Positions 25,439 through 32,000 of a DNA stretch of 32,000 nt are shown here, piece after piece. A program made the position numbers and the translations under genes. This DNA comes from Microcystis aeruginosa NIES-843. Lineage in GTDB: Bacteria; Cyanobacteriota; Cyanobacteriia; Cyanobacteriales; Microcystaceae. A model generated the notes under the pieces. It ran no database searches and was not told the DNA's origin. It saw only the letters and a program-made list of their open reading frames with translations. Where the stretch lies: the NCBI RefSeq assembly GCF_000010625.1, contig NC_010296.1:2280001-2312000 (forward strand). Reading direction: 5' to 3'. The stretch's first letter is position 1; the number at the start of each line of letters is the position of its first letter.

Positions 25439-26362
25439 CTACATTTTCGGGACGATTTCTTGTAAGGCCGCTTCTAGATTAGGATAACGATAGTCAAAAC
25501 CGATCGCTTGAGTGGCTTTTGGCAGCACTTCTTGACCTTCTAAGACGATTTTTGCTCCTTCTCCCAAGAGAATTTCGAGGGCAAAATCTGGCACTGGCAA
25601 CCAAGAAGGACGATTCATTACTTCCCCTAAAATCTGACAGAATTCTTTCATCCGGACGGGATTGGGTGCAGTAGCGTTGAAAGTACCGCTAATTCCCTGG
25701 CGATCGAGACAATAGATAATTAAATTAATTAAATCATCCCGATGAATCCAAGAAAACCACTGACGACCGCTGCCAATCGGTCCGCCGGCAAATAGTTTGA
25801 AGGGTGGGATCATTTTCCCTAAAGCACCCCCATTGCCTAAAACAATACCCGTGCGAAGAATGACTAAACGAGTGCCGTAATCTTTAACTTTTTGGGCGGC
25901 TGTTTCCCACTTTTTACAGACATCTGCCAGAAAATCGTCACCGGGAGGGCTATTTTCGTCAAAACTAGCGGTTTCACTGGTTCCATAGTAACCGATCGCC
26001 GAGGAGTTAATTAAAACTTTCGGTTTCTGGTCGGCCAGTGCGATCGCCTCGACAATTTTCTCGGTGCCGATTTCCCGACTAGCGACGATTGCTCGTTTTG
26101 CTTCCCCGGTCCAGCGTTCCGAAATCGGTTCTCCCGCTAGATTAATCACCGCATCACATCCAGAAATCTCTTTTTGCCAATCCCCCGATTCTGTGGCGAT
26201 ATAGGGAATAATCTCTATCTTAGGATAGATTGACTTTGGGTAAATTCTCCCGGCTTTATCGGGATTGCGAGTCAAAATTAGGATGTCATCGCCGCGATCA
26301 TAGAGTTTGACCACCAATCGACTACCCACAAATCCCGTCGCCCCAGTAATCGCTATTTTCAT
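25439..26362 (-). CDS. SDR-family NAD-binding protein, TIGR01777/DUF1731 type (epimerase-like)
   Basis: 307-aa ORF with an N-terminal Rossmann motif [10 protein letters not shown] and a C-terminal DUF1731-like region (FGF.Y.YP.L..AL). Confidence 0.85.
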   Translation of the reverse strand: MKIAITGATGFVGSRLVVKLYDRGDDILILTRNPDKAGRIYPKSIYPKIEIIPYIATESGDWQKEISGCDAVINLAGEPISERWTGEAKRAIVASREIGTEKIVEAIALADQKPKVLINSSAIGYYGTSETASFDENSPPGDDFLADVCKKWETAAQKVKDYGTRLVILRTGIVLGNGGALGKMIPPFKLFAGGPIGSGRQWFSWIHRDDLINLIIYCLDRQGISGTFNATAPNPVRMKEFCQILGEVMNRPSWLPVPDFALEILLGEGAKIVLEGQEVLPKATQAIGFDYRYPNLEAALQEIVPKM

Positions 26363-26414
26363 GGTTTCTTGACTAAATTTATCCTTATTTTAGCTGGTTT
26401 TTGGCTATCAGAGT

Positions 26415-26590
26415 TCAGGAGTCAGTCCCGATGAAAAAATTTTCACCCCCACAGATGAAAGATGTTTCTTTCCCTACACCCCACACCCCACACCCTACAC
26501 CCTCTTTCAAGTCGGTAGTCAGGAGATTATTTTTATTTGTTCTCCCCACACCCTACACCCCACACCCTACACCCCACTTCCCACTTCTCA
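26415..26590. repeat. Inverted copy of the composite heptamer element
   Basis: TCAGGAGTCAG lies at 26415. (CCCCACA/CCCTACA)n runs lie at 26472-26503 and 26544-26590. The core CAGGAGATTATTTTTATTTGTTCT is the reverse complement of 14551-14577 with about 2-3 mismatches. The element ends at the psb28 stop codon. Confidence 0.85.
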
Positions 26591-26947
26591 CTTATCCTGA
26601 TACCCCATCCCGTTGGCTGCCGCATAACGATTCATAAAGCGCAGAAAACGCTCCCAGTGTTCATCGGTGATTTCAAAACCACATTCTACCCGTTGAATTT
26701 CATCTCCTTCATCTCCTCCAAAAATAAACTTAGTCGAGTTGGGAATAACTATAATCACTCCTTCCTCATCGGTGAGACGAAGATCACCGTAGGTGCGGGT
26801 GGTGAAACTTTGGAAACGTTCGATCGCTTTCAGGGTTTTAAAAGTCATCAGGACATTGCGAATCCCGGTACTTTTATTTTTGCGGAGACTAACACCGCTT
26901 AATTCTTCTGATAAACCAACAAAAAACTCGATCGTGGGAGTGGTCAT
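26588..26947 (-). CDS. psb28: Photosystem II assembly/reaction-centre protein Psb28
   Basis: 119-aa ORF. The pattern ...IEFF.G..E......L.....G.......F.... and the C-terminal W.RF.RFM.RYA...G.G. match the Psb28 family. Confidence 0.9.
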   Translation of the reverse strand: MTTPTIEFFVGLSEELSGVSLRKNKSTGIRNVLMTFKTLKAIERFQSFTTRTYGDLRLTDEEGVIIVIPNSTKFIFGGDEGDEIQRVECGFEITDEHWERFLRFMNRYAAANGMGYQDK

Positions 26948-27052
26948 AGGTATAGCTATAAAATTTTAGTTATTGATTTTCTCTTAATTACTTTTGATGG
27001 GGAAAAATTAGTTCATGATTACTAATAAAGTAACCATGAACGGAAAAACAAG

Positions 27053-27166
27053 CTATTCCGCTTCTCCACCTTGGATTTTGAGGAGGAGAAAACCCCAAGC
27101 TAATCCGACGAGGACGAGAACGATCGCCACGATCGCCCCATTAAATAACATACTTTCTGCGGTCAT
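27053..27166 (-). CDS. petM: Cytochrome b6-f complex subunit 7 (PetM)
   Basis: Hand translation gives [37 protein letters not shown] (37 aa). This is very close to Synechocystis PetM as I remember it ([36 protein letters not shown]). It is absent from the ORF track because of its size. Confidence 0.85.
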
Positions 27167-27468
27167 GGTGATTGCTCCTGAGCCTACAATAATCGATCAA
27201 TAGATCAATGGTATTTTAACCTACGAAGGCGATCGACTGCAGCCGGACTAGGGCAAAATTGAGGGGGAAAATCGGCCAATAACTTTGAGAATTTTCCTAG
27301 TATATACGTTCTAGCAATCCTGCCCCTCTCCTCAAGGAAGGATGCTCACCCCCATGCTAGATATTTTTAATACTATCTTTATATTTGCCGTCACCACTTT
27401 GTGTTAGTGTCTTATCTGCTTAATTCTCCACTTATACTAGAAAAATTAAGTATTGATAACTATTGGTG

Positions 27469-27990
27469 ATGACTGGTAAAAAATCATTTATGCTCAAGAT
27501 CAAGTTAATACTATTTTTAGGTTTGTTGCTGCTGAGTTGTCAATCGACTAATCTCAATGGTAATAATAGTTCAATGGCTCAGATTACGACTGAGAATCAA
27601 GGGCAAATATTACCGATCACGGCCAAAGCAGATATTAATGGTGAGATGATTGAGTTAGAAGTGGCTCAAACCCCCGAACAACAAGCCAAGGGTTTAATGT
27701 ATCGCTCATCTTTGGAGAAAAATCGCGGTATGCTATTTCCCTTTGCACAACCTCTGATGGCCCGGTTTTGGATGAAAAATGTCTCGATTCCTCTAGACAT
27801 GATTTTTCTAAAAGATGGTATAGTAAAAGCAGTTTTGCTGAATGTCCCTCCTTGTGCCGTCGATCCTTGTCCTGTCTATGGGCCAAACACCATGGTTAAT
27901 CAAGTGATCGAACTAGCCGGGGGCCGAGCCAAAGAATTAGGAGTGAAAGAAGGAGATAAAATTAAGATTGAGTCTATCTCAAGACCTTGA
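27469..27990 (+). CDS. DUF192-family protein, probable lipoprotein
   Basis: The track ORF starts at a TTG (27463) and the first ATG is at 27469. It has a signal peptide with the lipobox-like LLLSC. The DUF192 pattern is present (A.T..Q...GLM.R..L....GMLF.F.......FWMKN...PLD..F). Confidence 0.8.
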   Translation: MTGKKSFMLKIKLILFLGLLLLSCQSTNLNGNNSSMAQITTENQGQILPITAKADINGEMIELEVAQTPEQQAKGLMYRSSLEKNRGMLFPFAQPLMARFWMKNVSIPLDMIFLKDGIVKAVLLNVPPCAVDPCPVYGPNTMVNQVIELAGGRAKELGVKEGDKIKIESISRP

Positions 27991-28363
27991 TTTTTGAAAA
28001 TGGTGTTAACTTTCTTATAGAAGGTGTCCCTTGTCTGGAAATATAAGTATGGCTTTTAGAAGCTATTACGCATTTATACTGTTTAAGATATAACCATATC
28101 GATTAAGATTTTTATAGTCTATCAAGTCATAGATTGAATAATCTTTACCCTTGATATAGATAGATTAAACAGAGACAAAATTCTGCTCGATCTAACGGGA
28201 CTATCTTAAGAGAGCCAGCGATTTTTAGGAAAGCGCTCTCTATCATCGGGATAGCTTAGATACAGAAAAAACGGTCGCGAGACTAACTGTCCTTGAAACC
28301 GATCAGGTAGTGTTTTGTTAAAATCACGAGATCTACTATACTATTGAGGAAAAAAAACCCCCT

Positions 28364-28558
28364 ATGTCCACGATTGCCTATTCCCAATTCCGACGATTTC
28401 TACAAGAGGAATTGTCCCTTCCCCAAGAATCGATCGCTATGGCCGAGCGCTCGATCCAATCTGATAAAATTCATTTACCGATGATTCTCTGGCAGTACGG
28501 TTTAGTGACCTTGGAACAATTAGACAAAATTTATGATTTTCTCGAAGAGGTAGTATAA
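28364..28558 (+). CDS. DUF2949-type small cyanobacterial protein
   Basis: 64-aa ORF with GAGGA upstream. The LPMILWQYGLVTLEQL motif is typical of this family as I remember it. Confidence 0.65.
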   Translation: MSTIAYSQFRRFLQEELSLPQESIAMAERSIQSDKIHLPMILWQYGLVTLEQLDKIYDFLEEVV

Positions 28559-28665
28559 TCTTGCAATTGCTCACTATTGACAAGGAGAATAATTGCCATG
28601 GCTGCTCATAGTTTCTGGCACAGTTTGAAAATTCCGATCCCAAAAACTACCAATCATCACTTGAG

Positions 28666-28692
28666 AAGTGGGTTATTTAAACCCACTTTTTT
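28666..28692 (+). terminator. Rho-independent terminator downstream of the DUF2949 gene
   Basis: AAGTGGGTT-ATTTA-AACCCACTT is a 9-bp stem followed by a T-run (to 28692). Confidence 0.6.
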
Positions 28693-28734
28693 AATAACTA
28701 TACAATTGAGAATTATCGATTAACTGCTCAGTCC

Positions 28735-29619
28735 ATGAAACCCCATGACCAATTTGCCAAAAATTACCTTGAACAATTACTTTCTCCCCTGGGAATCGTC
28801 GAAATCAGCAAAGAAGTCAGCGACGAAACTCGACAGATAGATTTATTTTTTTCCCCCAATCCCGAACCCAACCCCAATTATCTGGGATTATTAGGCAGAA
28901 TTGTCCTTAATACTGTCTTAATTGAACCCTATCGCAATCCTCCCAACCGTAGCGAGATTCGTAATTGTTTAGCGAAACTTTTGACAATTTTAGCCGAACT
29001 GCAAAGACAAGCTAAACGGGAAAATCAGAGCTACAATGAAGACAATGCCCCTCGTTTGTGGATTTTATCCCCTTCGGCTAGTCTGACTCTTGTAGAGAGT
29101 ATTGGGGCAAAATTAGACCCAGATTGGCCAGAAGGAGTCTATTTTCTTCCCTCGCTTTATCGCACGGCAATTATCGCTATTAATCAATTGCCTGTGACTG
29201 CTGAGACTCTCTGGTTAAGATTATTAGGACGGGGAAAAACTCAAGACCAAGCGGTGCGAGAATTGTTAGAATTACCTCAAGGTAATGCTTTCCGGGAAAA
29301 TGTGCTGGAATTATTAATTAGTTGGCGGGTTAGTATGGAAATAAATAACATCCTAGAAACTGAAGATAGAGAGGTGTTTATGACCTTATCTCAAACCTAT
29401 CAGGAATGGAAGGAAGCAACTAAACGGGAAGGACTCGAACAAGGACTCGAACAAGGACTCGAACAAGGACTAGAGCGAGGACTAGAGCGAGGAAAACTAG
29501 AGGCTAAACTGGAATCTATTCCCCGTTTGCTTGCTTTGGGTTTAAGTGTGGAACAAATCGCTCAAGCTTTGGATTTAGACTTAGAACAGGTCCGACGAGC
29601 TATTCAAGAAACCCCATGA
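28735..29619 (+). CDS. Rpn/YhgA-like putative PD-(D/E)XK nuclease with C-terminal GLEQ/GLER repeats and HTH-like tail, copy 1
   Basis: 294-aa ORF. The N-terminal KPHDQFAKNYL resembles the PHD..FK motif of Rpn/YhgA proteins, followed by IDLFF and VLIEPYR (D...E pattern). The C-terminus is LGLSVEQIAQALDLDLEQVRRA. Confidence 0.75.
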   Translation: MKPHDQFAKNYLEQLLSPLGIVEISKEVSDETRQIDLFFSPNPEPNPNYLGLLGRIVLNTVLIEPYRNPPNRSEIRNCLAKLLTILAELQRQAKRENQSYNEDNAPRLWILSPSASLTLVESIGAKLDPDWPEGVYFLPSLYRTAIIAINQLPVTAETLWLRLLGRGKTQDQAVRELLELPQGNAFRENVLELLISWRVSMEINNILETEDREVFMTLSQTYQEWKEATKREGLEQGLEQGLEQGLERGLERGKLEAKLESIPRLLALGLSVEQIAQALDLDLEQVRRAIQETP

Positions 29620-30488
29620 AACCCCATGACCAATTTGCCAAAAATTACCTTGAACAATTACTTTCTCCCTTGGGAACCGTCGAAATCAGCAAAGAAGTCA
29701 GCGATGAAACCCGACAGATAGATGTATTTTTTTCCCCCAATCCCGAACCCAACCCCGATTATCTGGGATTATTAGGCAGAATTGTCCTTAATACTGTCTT
29801 AATTGAACCCTATCGCAATCCTCCCAACCGTAGCGAGATTCGTAATTGTTTAGCGAAACTTTTGGCGATTTTAGCCGAACTGCAAAGACAAGCTAAACGG
29901 GAAAATCAGAGCTACAATGAAAAGAATGCCCCTCGTTTGTGGATTTTATCCCCTTCCGCTGGTATCACTGTTTTAGAAGGATTTGGGGCAAAATTAGACC
30001 CAGAGTGGCCAGAAGGAGTCTATTTTCTTCCCTTGCTTTATCGCACGGCAATTATCGCTATTAATCAATTGCCTGTGACTGCTGAGACTCTTTGGTTAAG
30101 ATTATTGGGACGGGGAAAAACGCAAAACCAAGCGGTGCGAGAATTGTTAGAATTACCTCAAGGTAATGCTTTCCGGGAAAATGTCCTGGAATTATTAATT
30201 AGTTGGCGGGTTAGTATGGAAATAAATAACATCCTAGAAACTGAGGATAGAGAGGTGTTTATGACTTTATCTCAAACCTATCAGGAATGGAAGGAAGCAA
30301 CTAAACGGGAAGGACTCGAACAAGGACTCGAACAAGGACTAGAGCGAGGACTAGAGCGAGGAAAACTAGAGGCTAAACTGGAATCTATTCCCCGTTTGCT
30401 TGCTTTGGGTTTAAGTGTGGAACAAATCGCTCAAGCTTTGGATTTAGACTTAGAACAAGTCCGACAAGCTATTCAAGAAACTCCATGA
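29616..30488 (+). CDS. Rpn/YhgA-like putative nuclease paralogue, copy 2 (divergent)
   Basis: 290-aa ORF whose start overlaps the copy 1 stop (ATGA). Amino-acid differences from copies 1 and 3 are mainly in the N-terminal two-thirds, with one dense patch (SAGITVLEGFG against SASLTLVESIG). Confidence 0.75.
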   Translation: MKPHDQFAKNYLEQLLSPLGTVEISKEVSDETRQIDVFFSPNPEPNPDYLGLLGRIVLNTVLIEPYRNPPNRSEIRNCLAKLLAILAELQRQAKRENQSYNEKNAPRLWILSPSAGITVLEGFGAKLDPEWPEGVYFLPLLYRTAIIAINQLPVTAETLWLRLLGRGKTQNQAVRELLELPQGNAFRENVLELLISWRVSMEINNILETEDREVFMTLSQTYQEWKEATKREGLEQGLEQGLERGLERGKLEAKLESIPRLLALGLSVEQIAQALDLDLEQVRQAIQETP

Positions 30489-31273
30489 AACCCCATGACC
30501 AATTTGCCAAAAATTACCTTGAACAATTACTTTCTCCCCTGGGAATCGTCGAAATCAGCAAAGAAGTCAGCGACGAAACTCGACAGATAGATTTATTTTT
30601 TTCCCCCAATCCCGAACCCAACCCCAATTATCTGGGATTATTAGGCAGAATTGTCCTTAATACTGTCTTAATTGAACCCTATCGCAATCCTCCCAACCGT
30701 AGCGAGATTCGTAATTGTTTAGCGAAACTTTTGACAATTTTAGCCGAACTGCAAAGACAAGCTAAACGGGAAAATCAGAGCTACAATGAAGACAATGCCC
30801 CTCGTTTGTGGATTTTATCCCCTTCGGCTAGTCTGACTCTTGTAGAGAGTATTGGGGCAAAATTAGACCCAGATTGGCCAGAAGGAGTCTATTTTCTTCC
30901 CTCGCTTTATCGCACGGCAATTATCGCTATTAATCAATTGCCTGTGACTGCTGAGACTCTTTGGTTAAGATTATTAGGAAGGGGAAAAACTCAAGACCAA
31001 GCGGTGCGAGAATTGTTAGAATTACCTCAAGGTAATGCTTTCCGGGAAAATGTCCTGGAATTATTAATTAGTTGGCGGGTTAGTATGGAAATAAATAACA
31101 TCCTAGAAACTGAAGATAGAGAGGTGTTTATGACCTTATCTCAAACCTATCAGGAATGGAAGGAAGCAACTAAACGGGAAGGACTCGAACAAGGACTAGA
31201 GCGAGGACTAGAGCGAGGAAAACTAGAGGCTAAACTGGAATCTATTCCCCGTTTGCTTGCTTTGGGTTTATAG
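30485..31273 (+). pseudogene. Rpn/YhgA-like paralogue, copy 3, 3'-truncated by IS630-family insertion
   Basis: The sequence is identical to copy 1 at the protein level up to the GLEQ modules. Homology to the intact copies stops after 31270 (TTTGGGTTTA|TAG), and the stop codon TAG is supplied by the inserted element. Confidence 0.8.
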
Positions 31274-32000
31274 TTATTTCAAATAAGAACGAGACACTAG
31301 GCGACACAATAAGTACGAATAATTTCATCAAGGGGTGTCCCCACAGGAGCATACATTCTTGCCCTCTTTAATGCACTAAAATCATGTTCGATATCATTTA
31401 AATCAGGAGAGTATTTTGGCAAAAACACGACCTGATGACCTGCTTCCTCTACCAGTTGTTTAATGACTGTCTTCCGATGAATTGGTGCATTATCCATAAT
31501 TAATACTGATGTTATGGTTAGAGAGGGCAACAAATATAAAGATAACCACCCTTCAAAACCTTCGGCATTCAGGCTTCTCGTAAATACCATCGGTGCAATA
31601 AAGTCTTTTTTTCCCTTTCTTCTACCAGCGACAAGGTTCTCTCTTTTTCCTCGTTTTCCTTGTCTATCTCCAAAGACTTTCTTCCCTTTTTTTGACCAAG
31701 CATAAAAACAGGCTTGAAATTCTTCAAACCCTGACTCATCAATAAATACAAGGCTTTCACTTCCATATATTTTAATCAATTCTCTCAGCACTCTGTAGTA
31801 TTTCATTCTTTCTTCTCGGTTTCTTTCTCTATAACGAAGTTCCTTCTTTTTTCTGGTAACTTTCATTTTTTTTAAGGCATAGCAAATGGCACTTGGTCTC
31901 ACTCCAAATTTCTCGGCTCTGTCTCTTAATCTTGCCTCGGGATTTTCTTGGACATCTTTTGACAGTGCTTTCCAGTCCAGCTTTCTCTGACGGTGTTTTA
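31271..32000 (-). mobile_element. IS630/Tc1-mariner-family insertion sequence (partial; continues beyond the window)
   Basis: It begins right after a TA dinucleotide (31269-31270), the usual IS630 target, and contains a DDE_3-type transposase. Confidence 0.8.
31297..32000 (-). CDS. IS630-family DDE transposase (5' end outside window)
   Basis: Motifs IFIDESGF, LIMDNAPIHR and PKYSPDLNDIEHDFSALK are present. The frame remains open upstream of the first Met of the track ORF (31902) to the window edge (KHRQRKLDWKALSKDVQENPEARLRDRAEKFGV...). Confidence 0.88.
   Translation of the reverse strand, partial: KHRQRKLDWKALSKDVQENPEARLRDRAEKFGVRPSAICYALKKMKVTRKKKELRYRERNREERMKYYRVLRELIKIYGSESLVFIDESGFEEFQACFYAWSKKGKKVFGDRQGKRGKRENLVAGRRKGKKDFIAPMVFTRSLNAEGFEGWLSLYLLPSLTITSVLIMDNAPIHRKTVIKQLVEEAGHQVVFLPKYSPDLNDIEHDFSALKRARMYAPVGTPLDEIIRTYCVA

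Larger units (their letters stand above)
28735..31270 (+). repeat. Head-to-tail tandem array of about 870-880-bp gene-length units (2.9 copies)
   Basis: Unit starts at 28735, 29616 and 30485 give periods of 881 and 869 bp. By eye, copies 1 and 3 differ by about three substitutions plus module number, while copy 2 carries many substitutions. Confidence 0.95.

Noticed and set aside
26401-26902. Plus-strand ORFs 26401..26637 (78 aa) and 26537..26902 (121 aa)
   Set aside because: Their N-terminal parts are translations of the CCCCACA/CCCTACA heptamers (PTPHTPHPTP). The rest is antisense to psb28.
27015-27203. 62-aa plus-strand ORF
   Set aside because: It is antisense to the 37-codon petM gene, which has a far more convincing match to a known protein.
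27991-28363. 373-bp ORF-free AT-rich intergenic region as a candidate ncRNA locus
   Set aside because: I could find no recognisable conserved RNA motif, strong hairpin-plus-T-run, or known cyanobacterial sRNA signature by eye. This cannot be supported without expression or covariation data.
28598-28723. 41-aa ORF (MAAHSFWHSLKIP...) with AAGGAG upstream
   Set aside because: It spans the terminator hairpin at 28666-28692 and has no recognisable family. It is likely fortuitous, though the good SD means it cannot be fully excluded without conservation or Ribo-seq data.
28735-31273. Tandem array as a pure assembly artefact
   Set aside because: The copies are not identical. Copy 2 has many substitutions, module counts differ, and copy 3 carries an IS insertion, all of which argue for real distinct copies. 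Copy number still deserves long-read confirmation.

Overview
The window looks like a cyanobacterial chromosome segment. Supporting signs are frequent GCGATCGC (HIP1) palindromes, heptanucleotide tandem arrays, and photosynthesis-related genes (psb28, petM, gun4, ycf66-like). A Microcystis-like unicellular or colonial cyanobacterium is my inference, not a demonstrated fact.

Most of the window is conserved housekeeping content: mutM, holA, corA, pdxA, a gabD-like aldehyde dehydrogenase, the lysA-cdaA-uppS cluster, gun4, an SDR/TIGR01777-type protein, psb28, petM (too short for the ORF track), and DUF192, DUF1825 and DUF2949-type small proteins.

Mobile and repetitive DNA is interspersed:
- A complete Tn5/IS50-like IS4-family element sits inside a MITE-like repeat.
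- An IS630-family element lies at the right edge, partly outside the window.
- There are at least two MITE-like families.
- (GGGGTGT)n and (CTCCTGA)n heptamer arrays occur at several gene 3' ends.
- Two gene relics are present: a WD40 fragment and a helicase N-terminus.

I found no tRNA, rRNA or CRISPR array. I do not see a clear multi-gene novel system. The candidates most worth follow-up are:
1. A head-to-tail A-B-A' tandem array of Rpn/YhgA-like putative nuclease genes with ATGA stop/start overlaps and variable 12-nt in-frame modules, truncated by IS630.
2. A stand-alone CHAT (caspase-like) protease fused to an FHA domain.
3. An AAA-like NTPase, hydrophobic helix and double WD40 propeller protein whose first seven blades are nearly identical at the DNA level.
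4. A 22-nt motif that sits 0-4 nt after three different stop codons, next to the heptamer arrays.

All family assignments come from motif recognition by eye and need HMM or BLAST confirmation.
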